Assembly (NCBI GenBank): GCA_010093745.1
Contig: MU005957.1
Coordinates: 372,001-436,000 of the forward strand
DNA: 64,000 nucleotides
From: Piedraia hortae CBS 480.64
Lineage: Eukaryota
Direction: 5' to 3'
The notes under the pieces were generated by a model, which was not told the origin of the DNA, ran no database searches, and saw only the letters and a program-made list of their open reading frames with translations. A program made the position numbers and the translations under genes. Shown one piece after another: positions 1-9,598 of this stretch. Positions within the stretch are counted from its first letter, which is position 1. Each line of letters begins with the position of its first letter.

Positions 1-161
1 GGGGCGGTCCGGTCCGGTCCGTTGTATATATCATGCAAGAGTACGAGACCCGAATGAAAGAAGCATCACATTTGCAGTTGGGCAGCTGCACATTAAGCAT
101 CGAGCTTCTACTATTGTCTAGCTAAGCTGCCTTTTTTTTTTTTTTTTTCTTTTTTTCCAAT

Positions 162-653
162 TCAGTCGTTCCAAATATCCTTGACATAGCCCTCCGTCAA
201 CTCGGCGTCCTCTCCATATCTGCCAATGTCAGTCGAATTTCCTTACTGGCGCCTGACAACTCACATTTCTTGCCACTTTGTAAACCCTCCGTCGAGAAGA
301 TAGACCTTTTGGGCAGCCCGCACATCTGCTCCGTCGCTTCTTTTGCCCACCTTACCATTCTCAACCATGCAATCCCGTTCCCTTAGATATCTCAACGCGC
401 TAGCCGGTCCCCGTTGCTGTGAGAGCGAGCAGTGGAAGACGACGGTATCGTCATCTTTCAAGGTGCGAACAAGCTCCGGAATGCGATAGTCGTGGGTGTT
501 TACAGGAACGTTCCTGCACCCGACGATATGACCGCCAATGTAGTCGCTATCGCGCACATCTATGATTGCCAGGCCCGGCTTCTTGGCGCGCACCAGCTGA
601 GCCAGAGCCTCGCGAGAAATTCGAGGAAGAGTGGCGATGCTACAAGCGGACAT
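162..653 (-). CDS. IBP1: Cdc25-family rhodanese-fold phosphatase/arsenate reductase (Ibp1/Ych1-like); exons 653-265 and 219-162
   Basis: Motifs IIDVRDSDYIGGHI, FHCSLSQQRGP (HC-X5-R) and YLLDGGFTKWQ. A 45-nt intron at 264-220 (GTGAG...CTGAC...CAG) restores the typical C-terminus YGEDAELTEGYVKDIW*. Confidence 0.88.
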
Positions 654-672
654 GTTGTAGACAAAGACAGAC

Positions 673-2934
673 ATGAAGTCATACCCCCCATATACGACCT
701 TTTTGCTCGTCTTCATCACCGCCAGCCTGGCTCTTTTCCAGCTTTCACGGGCGTTTTCTCCCAGACTCTTCTCTGTTAGACAGTTGACTCTCGGTTCAAT
801 GGCTCCAAAGGCATACAGGCAGCCGCCCCAGGCCCCGCCGCTCTTCACGCACACGCCTCGGAGCCTCCTCGCGACGACGGACGCGCTCATTGACAGAAGC
901 CAGAAGCTGCAGGACCGCATCGTCGACGAGGTCAAGGCCGGAAAGGCGACGTTTGACAACGTTCTCGTCCCGTTTTCCAGAGAAGACAACCAGATGACGC
1001 TGGAGAGCCACATCATCGGCTTCTACCAGGCCGTCTCGACCGACTCCAAGCTGCGCGATGCTTCGACGGAGGCGGAAAAGAAGATGGAGGACTTTGCCAT
1101 CGAATCCAGCATGCGTGAGGACATCTTCAAGCTTGTGAAGGAGGTGTACGAGAAGCAAAAGGATGACGAGAAGCTGTCCCCTGAAAGTCGTAGGCTGCTC
1201 GAGAAAGACTACAAGGGATACATCCGCATGGGTCTGGATATTCCGGCCGGCGAGAAACGGGACCGGTTCAAGACGATCCAGAAGCGTCTTTCCGAGATTT
1301 CCATTACCTTTCAGAAGAACCTGAACGAAGAACAGGGCGGGCTCTGGCTGACTCCCGAAGAGCTGGAAGGCGTGCCGTCGGACGTCACCTCTAATCTCAA
1401 GAAAGGCGACGACGGAAAGCTCTGGTTGACTTTCAAATACCCAGACCTATTCCCGACGCAAAAGTACTGCAGGAATGCAGACACGCGGAAGAAGGTCGCC
1501 ATCGCCAACGAGAACAAGTGCAATGAAAACGTCGACCTGTTCAAAGAGGCCGTGGTCCTGCGTGATGAAGCGGCAAGGCTGCTGGGATACCCCAACCACG
1601 CTGCGTTCAGAATTGAAGATAAAATGGCCAAGACGCCCAAGACGGTGGACGATTTCCTAGCTGACCTTCGCAAACGTCTCTCTCCAGGCGGTGACAAGGA
1701 GCTCGAGAAGCTGAAGCAGCTGAAAAAGGGCGAAACTGGCGAAGCGGACAGGTATTTCCTCTGGGACCACCGCTACTATGATACCCTCATGCTGGAGAGA
1801 GACTACCAGCTTGATCAGAACCGCATTGCCGAGTACTTTCCCCTTGAGTCTACCATCAACGGCATGCTGGAGATCTTTGAGCATCTCTTTGGCATGGAGT
1901 TTGTCAAGCTAACGGGCGAAGATTTGGACAAGATATCTGAAAGCGGCAAGGGGAAGGATATCGTCTGGCACGAGGATGTGCAGGTATTTTCGGTGTGGGA
2001 TTCCAAGGACCAAGGGGAAGGCTTCGTCGGTTATCTCTATCTCGACCTCTTCCCGCGCGATGGGAAATACGGCCATGCAGCCAACTTCAACCTGCAGCCA
2101 GGCTTTATCAAGGAGAACGGAACCCGCCGCTACCCTGCCACGGCCTTGGTATGCAATTTCAGCAAACTAACCCCCAAGAAGCCGAGTCTGCTCAAACACG
2201 ACGAAGTCGTAACCCTCTTCCACGAGCTCGGCCACGGCATTCACGACCTCGTCGCACGCACGGAATACTCTCGCTTCCACGGAACCAGCACCGTTCGCGA
2301 CTTTGTCGAAGCCCCCAGCCAAATGTTAGAGAACTGGTGCTGGACACCCTCGCAAATCAAATCCCTGTCCAAGCACTGGTCGTACCTCAGCCCCGAGTAC
2401 GAAAAAGCATGGAAAGAAGTCTCAAACGAAACCACCAAACCCGAAGAAACCATGCCGGACAAACTAATCGATTCGATCGTTAAAACCCGCCACGTCAACG
2501 ACGCCCTCTTCAACCTCCGTCAGCTCCACTTTGGAATTTTCGACATGGCCATGCACGAAGTCGAGTCTCACAAGGCTGCCGAGGACATCGACACTACTGC
2601 ATCCTTCAACGAGCTCCGTCATGACATCGTCAAACTCGACGGGCCAGAGGCCCTGGGCGAGGGATACAAATGGGGCCACGGCCAGGCTACGTTTGGCCAC
2701 CTCATCGGTGGCTACGACGCGGGATACTACGGTTATCTGTTCAGCCAAGTGTACAGTGCTGATATGTTTTACTCCGTGTTTAAGAAGGATCCGATGAATC
2801 AGAAGGAGGGACGGAGGTACCGTCACACCGTGCTTGAGAAGGGCGGGTCTCGGGATGAAATGGTCAGTTTGGAGGAGTTCCTCGGACGGAAGCCTTCGTC
2901 TGAGGCGTTTTATAAGGAACTCGGACTGGCCTAG
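673..2934 (+). CDS. mepB: M3 metallopeptidase (thimet oligopeptidase / MepB / saccharolysin-like); conserved core starts at ATG 799
   Basis: HELGH zinc motif, RDFVEAPSQMLENW, YLDLFPRDGKYGHAA, GYDAGYYGY; intronless 753-aa ORF. Confidence 0.95.
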   Translation: MKSYPPYTTFLLVFITASLALFQLSRAFSPRLFSVRQLTLGSMAPKAYRQPPQAPPLFTHTPRSLLATTDALIDRSQKLQDRIVDEVKAGKATFDNVLVPFSREDNQMTLESHIIGFYQAVSTDSKLRDASTEAEKKMEDFAIESSMREDIFKLVKEVYEKQKDDEKLSPESRRLLEKDYKGYIRMGLDIPAGEKRDRFKTIQKRLSEISITFQKNLNEEQGGLWLTPEELEGVPSDVTSNLKKGDDGKLWLTFKYPDLFPTQKYCRNADTRKKVAIANENKCNENVDLFKEAVVLRDEAARLLGYPNHAAFRIEDKMAKTPKTVDDFLADLRKRLSPGGDKELEKLKQLKKGETGEADRYFLWDHRYYDTLMLERDYQLDQNRIAEYFPLESTINGMLEIFEHLFGMEFVKLTGEDLDKISESGKGKDIVWHEDVQVFSVWDSKDQGEGFVGYLYLDLFPRDGKYGHAANFNLQPGFIKENGTRRYPATALVCNFSKLTPKKPSLLKHDEVVTLFHELGHGIHDLVARTEYSRFHGTSTVRDFVEAPSQMLENWCWTPSQIKSLSKHWSYLSPEYEKAWKEVSNETTKPEETMPDKLIDSIVKTRHVNDALFNLRQLHFGIFDMAMHEVESHKAAEDIDTTASFNELRHDIVKLDGPEALGEGYKWGHGQATFGHLIGGYDAGYYGYLFSQVYSADMFYSVFKKDPMNQKEGRRYRHTVLEKGGSRDEMVSLEEFLGRKPSSEAFYKELGLA

Positions 2935-3017
2935 ACAGTATTTATGGGCATTGCAGGCGTTCAAGAGTACTACAGACGTTGATGAGCATTACCGAACCTT
3001 GGACTGTCATGTGTATG

Positions 3018-3926
3018 CTAAACGCTCATCTTCATAGCCAGCCCCTTGTGGGGATCGTAGTCTTTTACGACAAAATCAGTGGGCAACCAGCCGTCGACGT
3101 CGCTGCCAGCGGGCTTCTTTAGTTCCAAAGTAGGAAACGGTCTCGGCTCGCGTTTAATCTGCTCTCGTAGGGCATCCTCGTGGTCGAGATAGACGTGGGC
3201 GTCGCCCATGGTGTGGGTAAACGTACCCGGGGTCAGATCGCACACGCGGGCAATCATGTGGGTGAGCAGGGCGTAAGAAGCAATGTTGAAGGGAACTCCA
3301 AGCCCCATATCGCACGACCGCTGGTAGAGCAGCGAGTGCAGGACACCCTTGCCTTTCCCACCTTCCGGGAAAGAAACGTAAAACTGAGCAAACATATGAC
3401 ACGGCGGGAGGGCCATTTTGGGCAGATCAGCGGGGTTCCATGCCGTCAAGATGATACGGCGGTCGTAGGGGTTCGTCTTGAGTTTGTGGATGACTTCCTT
3501 TAGTTGGTCGACGCCTTTGCCCGTGTAGTCTTCATGGCAGGAGGAATATTCAGCGCCAAAATGCCGCCATTGGAAGCCGTAGACGGGTCCTAAATCGCCC
3601 TCTTCACGGTCTGTTAAGCCGACGGAGTCTAGATAGGCGCGAGAGGCATTTCCATCCCAGATCTTGACGTCTTGGTCCTGCAGCGTCTTGGCGCTGGTAT
3701 CGCCCGACACGAACCAGAGCAGTTCGGCCACGACGGCGCGGAGGAAGACGCGTTTTGTTGTTAGTAGGGGGAGGATCAGCGTCCCGTCGTCGGCGCTGAG
3801 CCTGTAGCGGTGCTGCGGCGGGAAGGGGATGCTGCGGGTGCCGGTGCCGGTGCGATCTGGCCGCTTCTCGCCGTCAGTGAGGATTGTGCGGATCAGATCC
3901 AGGTACTGGAGTTCTTCGTGCGTCAT
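3018..3926 (-). CDS. CDC21: Thymidylate synthase
   Basis: HEELQYL, DRTGTGT, PLLTTKRV, GPVYGFQWRHFG, ALPPCH (catalytic Cys), QRSCDMGLGVPFNIASY; first ATG at 3926. Confidence 0.97.
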   Translation of the reverse strand: MTHEELQYLDLIRTILTDGEKRPDRTGTGTRSIPFPPQHRYRLSADDGTLILPLLTTKRVFLRAVVAELLWFVSGDTSAKTLQDQDVKIWDGNASRAYLDSVGLTDREEGDLGPVYGFQWRHFGAEYSSCHEDYTGKGVDQLKEVIHKLKTNPYDRRIILTAWNPADLPKMALPPCHMFAQFYVSFPEGGKGKGVLHSLLYQRSCDMGLGVPFNIASYALLTHMIARVCDLTPGTFTHTMGDAHVYLDHEDALREQIKREPRPFPTLELKKPAGSDVDGWLPTDFVVKDYDPHKGLAMKMSV

Positions 3927-3982
3927 GTCCTGAGGGTAGCTTTGGGCGTCCGTTGTCCCTAGCCATCCACCGTCTCCCAAAC

Positions 3983-5195
3983 ATGTCGAACCGCAAACTC
4001 GGCTCCTTCATCCAGCAGCTGATTCTCGCTGCTGCTGCCGTGAGTCTCTTCAGCGTTTCAGAACTATACTGATACGAACCAGCCTCTCTTGGCCTACTGC
4101 ATCGCGCGCCAACTGCTCGGTCGGCTGGATCCCGAGGCGGGCGCAAAGGCCGAAGCGCAGCAAAAGGCACTGGCCGCAACCCAGCGACTGCAAAACATCT
4201 TCAATCGTCCCCAAGACGACGACGACGACGACGACGACGAAAAACACTACGACTCCGACTCCTCGTCCACCACCTCAACCCCCATCCCTCCTCGCGCGCC
4301 TCTAAACCTCACCCCCTACGAACAAACCATCGCCCTATCGGTAATCTCCCCATCCTCCATCCCAACGGGCTTCACCTCCATCGGCGGCCTGGACTCCACG
4401 ATCCTCGAACTCCGCGAAAGCGTCATCTACCCTCTAACCCTCCCACACCTCTTCTCGCGGCACAGCAGTCTCCTAACCGCCCCCTCCGGCGTCCTCCTCT
4501 ATGGGCCTCCCGGCTGCGGCAAAACGATGCTCGCCAAAGCCCTGGCAAAGGAAAGCTCTGCGTGCTTCATAAACCTCCACATCTCAACCCTAACCGAAAA
4601 ATGGTACGGCGACAGCAACAAACTTGTCGCGGCGGTCTTCTCCCTCGCGAGGAAACTCCAACCCGCCATCGTCTTCATAGACGAAATCGACGCCGTGCTT
4701 GGGAAGCGTTCTTCGGGTGAACACGAGGCGTCGGGGATGGTTAAAGCGGAGTTCATGACGCATTGGGATGGGTTGCTTTCTTCGACTGCAGAGGGGGAGG
4801 CGCAGAGGATTGTGGTTCTTGGAGCGACGAATCGGATTCAGGAAATTGACGATGCGATCCTACGGAGGCTGCCGAAGAGGTTTCACGTTCCCCTGCCGGG
4901 GGATGCGCAGAGGAGGGAGATTTTGGAGTTGACGCTTAGGGGCACGAGGCTGGAAGAGGAGGGGGACTTCGATTGGGATGCGCTTGTAAATGCCACGAAG
5001 GGGATGTCGGGGAGTGAGATCAAGGAGATTTGTCGAGACGCCGCTATGGTTCCGGTTAGGGAGTATGTACGATCCCTCGGGGGGGATTTGAGGAAAAAAG
5101 TAAAGGCGGATGATGTCAGGGGATTGAGAATCACTGATTTTTTTGCGAAGAGGGTTGATGGGAATGAAACTGAAGAGGTGGATGAGTTTGAGTAG
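3983..5195 (+). CDS. MSP1: AAA+ membrane-protein dislocase Msp1/ATAD1; exons 3983-4039 and 4083-5195
   Basis: Walker A GPPGCGKT, Walker B IVFIDEID, LTEKWYGDSNKL, EHEASGMVKAEFMTHWDGL. A 43-nt intron at 4040-4082 (GTGAGT...CTGAT...CAG) joins the N-terminal hydrophobic anchor in frame. Confidence 0.95.
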
Positions 5196-5196
5196 A

Positions 5197-6552
5197 TTAT
5201 CGGGTTTTGTATAGACATGGTTTTAACACTTTTCTCTCTTCATCAGGGTCGACATCTCCCGTGGAAGGGAGGCCGGTTTTGATAAACTCCATCCGCACAA
5301 ACATCTTATTCCTAAGATCCACGCTGCCTTCTTTCAAAGTAAACCCCCGACGGCGGAACACGTCGATAAAAGGTCCCACGTCCGTCTCCTCGGGTGCGTC
5401 AACTCCATCGACCTCTGTGCGTAGCACCTCTTCGTCATCATCATCGTCATCATCATCCCCTTTGGTTGTCTTCCTTTTCTTACCAACACTATGCTCCACC
5501 CTCCCTCTTCCCCTCCGCGCAAAACGGGACTTGATCTCCGCAACCCACACCTCCCCCTTCATCCTCAGCACCTTATTCGCCTCCTCAACGAAACTCACCC
5601 AATTCGTCCCCATCAACGCAAGACAGAAAATACACAAATCCACGCTCCCCCCCGGCAGCGGCAGCGAGGAAATATCTGCCTGAATAACCCCCGGCGCAGA
5701 CGCAACAAGATCGTACGACAGAACCTTTACACCCTTCTTCTCCGCCATCGCAGCTGCGATCCGTGCGTCCCCGCATCCCAAATCCGCGATAACCACGTCC
5801 CTCCCACGTGGTTTTCTTAGGTTGGATAGAGTGTGGATGTAGATGTCGACGGGGTTTTCGGGCCAGAGGGCAACTTGTTGGCGGAAGCCGGTGTGGTAGT
5901 CGTTGTAGATCTGGGGGTTTGAGGTGAAAAGGGAGAGGGAGGTGGTCGAGGGGGTCGTGTAAAGGGTTTGGTTGAGGTGGCGGAAGCGGGCGGAAATGAG
6001 TTTTTGGTGCATGGATTGTTGGAGGGGGGTTAGATTTTGAACGGGAGGGAGGTTTTGGACGGTAGTTGGGGTGGTGGTGTCGTTTTTTGGGCTTTTTGGC
6101 TTCGGCTTTTGGGGGTTAATGTCCTTCTTCTTCTGGATGTTGGCTGGGATGGTATCGTCACCCTTCTGAACTCTGTCCTTTTGGTGTTTGTCACCCTTTT
6201 GCTTCTTCTTCTTCTTCTTCTTCTTCTCCTTCTTTTTCTTCAGGGCGTCGGCTGCGACGGCATCATCCTTCTTCTGAACGACATTGTCCTTTGCATCGTT
6301 CTCCTTTTGGGCTTTATCGTCCCTGTTTTTCTTTCTTTTCTTTTGTGGAGGGTCGCTCTCCACGACACCATCTTTCCCATCCCCATCCCTCCCACCCACC
6401 CTCTTCCCCTTCTTCTTCCCCCCCAAATGCTTCTCCCACAACTCCCCTACATCTCTCTCGGGTTGCGTCCTCTTCCGCTTCTTCCCCCCCTGGGTCTCAG
6501 TCTGCGGCTTCAACTTCGTCGCATCAACATTCAGTCCTTTTACCGCGAACAT
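5197..6552 (-). CDS. RRP8: 25S rRNA m1A methyltransferase Rrp8
   Basis: KLISARFRHLNQTLYT, YHTGFRQQV..WPENPVD, IADLGCGDA, IFCLALMGTNW, C-terminal LKPCLYKTR; Lys-rich N-terminal half. Confidence 0.95.
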   Translation of the reverse strand: MFAVKGLNVDATKLKPQTETQGGKKRKRTQPERDVGELWEKHLGGKKKGKRVGGRDGDGKDGVVESDPPQKKRKKNRDDKAQKENDAKDNVVQKKDDAVAADALKKKKEKKKKKKKKQKGDKHQKDRVQKGDDTIPANIQKKKDINPQKPKPKSPKNDTTTPTTVQNLPPVQNLTPLQQSMHQKLISARFRHLNQTLYTTPSTTSLSLFTSNPQIYNDYHTGFRQQVALWPENPVDIYIHTLSNLRKPRGRDVVIADLGCGDARIAAAMAEKKGVKVLSYDLVASAPGVIQADISSLPLPGGSVDLCIFCLALMGTNWVSFVEEANKVLRMKGEVWVAEIKSRFARRGRGRVEHSVGKKRKTTKGDDDDDDDDEEVLRTEVDGVDAPEETDVGPFIDVFRRRGFTLKEGSVDLRNKMFVRMEFIKTGLPSTGDVDPDEERKVLKPCLYKTR

Positions 6553-6638
6553 TGCTCTATCAAAAAGTCTGCAAAGAATGAGGAGAGAGGTGTAGTGCTG
6601 CTGAGTCAGCGTCTTGGCATTTATGAGTCCACACTCTT

Positions 6639-6650
6639 AAAATTTTTCGC
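6639..6650 (-). promoter_or_regulatory. RRPE-like motif upstream of RRP8
   Basis: GCGAAAAATTTT on the minus strand about 87 nt upstream of the RRP8 ATG resembles the fungal ribosome-biogenesis RRPE element. Confidence 0.4.
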
Positions 6651-6746
6651 GCTCGACGGAATTCCGCACTGTGAATCACACGCAGTCTGTGATCCAGGCA
6701 GGCCGAAATCGAGACGGAAAATATGAGATTAGAAAGTACGGTAAAA

Positions 6747-7898
6747 CTACCACCTCCCATTAACACGTTTAAGCGGCGAGACGCCTCTAGATTCCACACC
6801 TCTACTCCTGTGTCCGTGGGCAGTTTTTCTCAGTGGACTCGCTGCGTGGCTGAAGACGCCCATGTTTCCTCCATCGCACCGGTTGTAGTGAGACTTTATC
6901 GGCGAGGAGTGATAGTCGTATCGCTCTGAGTAAGCTGATGGCGCAGCTGACGGGATGGTCGTTTTGTTTGGTGTCTGCCCCACGAATGGATTTGGACTGA
7001 CGTGAAAGCCTCTGTTGACTATCCCTGTAGGAGTGTAGACGTCGACTTCCCGTGAATTGTATCGCCTCCCGTCGACCTGGATCCCGACGCTTCGCACCGG
7101 ACGGTTGAGCGTTGGTTTGACGTATTTCGTGTCGTACTCGTTTAGGACCTGACCGTGGACGAGAGCAATGTCCTTTGCCTGTTGGGTGAAGTTTGTATTC
7201 AGGAGGCTTAGTTGGGTTGTTAACAGCGCGCCAAAGACCATGGATGTGACGATTGTTACGCTCGGTCGGAGGTCTAGGCGTCCTGGGGGGAGGAGGGAGA
7301 AGTAAAGCAGTAGGTGGCCTGGGGAGAAGAGAGTGAAGAGGGTTAGACTGGATGGTCGTGGGTCCCAGACGCTGAGTTCCCAGACTTCATCGCTGCCGTC
7401 GGAATAGGCGCGTTCGTTGGCCGATGTAGCGCGTTCGATGGCATCCCGGAAGATGCGGAACGGAGTCGCCGTTGCAAGAGTCAGCGGTGTGCTTTCCACC
7501 TTTACTCTCCTAGCTGAAGGTGTAGCGGGAGGGACGTCCACGGGTTGTTCGAAGAGTCGGTAATGCCGTTTGCGAAAGAAAGTGTACAGCGCGTTTAGAC
7601 AGCAGAGAAGCGTTAGGAAATGGACGATGAATCTGGTCGCCCAGCTTAGCCAGCCCGAGCCGCTGGTGTCGTCGCCGAATACATCGTCCCGGATCGAGTT
7701 TGTGGCGCGGCCATCGTAACTTCTGGCGATGACGAAGGCGACGTTCAGACCGACGCCTATCCACGACGACCAGCGTTGCAGCCATTCATCGAAGCCGTCG
7801 TCGTTGAGAAGTTCCGACAGCCAGAGGAGCCAATCAAAGGGATCCAGATAAGCCCTGACGCGTTCTCGCAGAGGCGCGCGGCGGACGAGACGCGGCAT
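6747..7898 (-). CDS. NUR1: Nuclear rim protein Nur1/Mug154 family (DUF2418)
   Basis: MPRLVRRAPLRERVRAYLDPFDWLLWLSE start, several hydrophobic helices, RHYRLFE, VWELSVWDP, LFSPGH, EYDTKYVKP. Confidence 0.8.
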   Translation of the reverse strand: MPRLVRRAPLRERVRAYLDPFDWLLWLSELLNDDGFDEWLQRWSSWIGVGLNVAFVIARSYDGRATNSIRDDVFGDDTSGSGWLSWATRFIVHFLTLLCCLNALYTFFRKRHYRLFEQPVDVPPATPSARRVKVESTPLTLATATPFRIFRDAIERATSANERAYSDGSDEVWELSVWDPRPSSLTLFTLFSPGHLLLYFSLLPPGRLDLRPSVTIVTSMVFGALLTTQLSLLNTNFTQQAKDIALVHGQVLNEYDTKYVKPTLNRPVRSVGIQVDGRRYNSREVDVYTPTGIVNRGFHVSPNPFVGQTPNKTTIPSAAPSAYSERYDYHSSPIKSHYNRCDGGNMGVFSHAASPLRKTAHGHRSRGVESRGVSPLKRVNGRW

Positions 7899-8408
7899 GA
7901 TTGTCAAAGTAAATTCCACGAGTGTGCTATCTAGAGCTTTTTTTGTTCAACTTGCCATTCTACAACACGTGCTTTGTTTCGTTCATTCACACATGGCCGT
8001 GAACTGTTGTTGCGTTTACGTGCGCCTTTCCTAAACGGTCATTGACATGGGCAACCGCGATGATTGTTATCGTTAGGAGCCTGTGGACTGTTTTACTGTC
8101 AGTTAGCTATCTTTCAATGTCATCGATTCTATCTACCTTGGATCTAGCTATCTAGCTATCTCTAACTCTTCAAATGACTTTTGCAACGAATGGTAAACGG
8201 TTGCCAGTTGACAACCGGAGCGGCCCGCAACGTTGGGCCGTGACATGACATTTGACATTGACATCGTTTACGCGGCCAGTCCAAGGGTGCCACCGCCCCA
8301 GCCACAGCCAGCTTTGCATTAATCAATCCCGGGGCGCAAACGCCAGCCATCTGTTTTGCTTCTAAATCCTGGCCTCCCGCCCGACATAATTCATTTTCCC
8401 TCCCGAAT

Positions 8409-9446
8409 ATGTTTTTCAAGCGACTCAGTCGTTCCAGGAGCAACAGCCAGTCGTACGTAGACCACCAATATTCGCCGCACGACTCAAAGGCCAGTTCCGC
8501 CCATTACGACGACACAAAGTACGCCTCCGCCGGCGCAGAAACCCTCCCCCGCCAGCCCAGCGGACAGCTCCCAGCTCAGAATCCCGATCAGACAATGTAT
8601 GCGCGTTCAGGTCCCGCTGACGCCGGTGTCGGCCATTACGGCACTCCGCCCATGTCCGCCAGCGGCTCTCGCGGAATCTCCAACGGCTATGACAGCGCGC
8701 GCCCGCCGCCGCCCAAGGAAGAGCCCGCGCCCGATCTCCTGACACAAGCTTTCAACCAGGCCCTCCGGCCGCATTTAGAGCGCGTCGATGTGCTCGAAAA
8801 CGAAATCGCCGACCTGCGCGCGTATATTGACTTGCTAGAGAAACAGCGCGACGACGTGCACGCCTGGATCGATAAACGCGGGCTGCGACCAGACGTACCG
8901 GCGAGCATCGCACAGCAAATGGACGCGGCCGGACACGCAAGTAACCCGACGCACGCGGCCCAGACGCTGAACGCGCAGCTGGATCGCAAGATCACCATAG
9001 TCAACTTCGACCTCCACCGACTGCAAGACGATCTGAACGACTCGCTGCCGACGCCTTCGTTCTCGGCATGCATGCTCAAGTTCCTGCCCGATATCTCGCG
9101 TCTGGCGGCGCTGCCCGGTGGCTCGCGCCACGCCTTTGACCTGCTGCTGAAGCTTGGCGGTAACCTCAACAGCCACGGCGGCGTCGAGAGCGGTAACGAG
9201 GACGACCTGGCCGAGCGCCGTGCCTTTTATGCACGTCTTGACGATGCCATGGTTGACATCGTGCGTGGTCGCTTCCGCGAAGAGGGCAGTGGCTGGGGCG
9301 TTCCGCGCGAGATCAAACGCATCGAAAAGACTGGCGCCTACCTGCGCAACTGGGGCGTTGAGCCTTACTTCCCACAGACACTAGACGCCATGCGCTCCGG
9401 CAGCCACACCCACGAAGGTGCCATGTCGCCCAACAACTTTGGCTAG
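8409..9446 (+). CDS. Hypothetical protein: disordered N-terminus, coiled coil, helical C-terminal domain
   Basis: 345-aa ATG-initiated ORF with GC3-rich codon usage filling the gap between flanking genes; family not recognised. Confidence 0.8.
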   Translation: MFFKRLSRSRSNSQSYVDHQYSPHDSKASSAHYDDTKYASAGAETLPRQPSGQLPAQNPDQTMYARSGPADAGVGHYGTPPMSASGSRGISNGYDSARPPPPKEEPAPDLLTQAFNQALRPHLERVDVLENEIADLRAYIDLLEKQRDDVHAWIDKRGLRPDVPASIAQQMDAAGHASNPTHAAQTLNAQLDRKITIVNFDLHRLQDDLNDSLPTPSFSACMLKFLPDISRLAALPGGSRHAFDLLLKLGGNLNSHGGVESGNEDDLAERRAFYARLDDAMVDIVRGRFREEGSGWGVPREIKRIEKTGAYLRNWGVEPYFPQTLDAMRSGSHTHEGAMSPNNFG

Positions 9447-9570
9447 AGTTATCGTCTCAAAAGAAGCGTTGCGTATAGGGGTTAAAGGGGCGAGTCAGGT
9501 CCGGAGTGTTTGTGCCGAGGAACGTGTGTTTTATGACGGCGATAAGTTGATAATCATTAACGTGGGATTC

Positions 9571-9598
9571 TTCAGCCTTCAGCCTTCAGCCTTCAGCC
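9571..9598. repeat. 7-bp tandem repeat (TTCAGCC)x4 overlapping the stop codon of the TIM-like gene
   Basis: ttcagcc ttcagcc ttcagcc ttcagcc read directly. Confidence 0.9.

Noticed and set aside
654..1016. N-terminal 121 aa of ORF 261-1016
   Set aside because: Antisense to MepB; the rhodanese protein begins at ATG 653.
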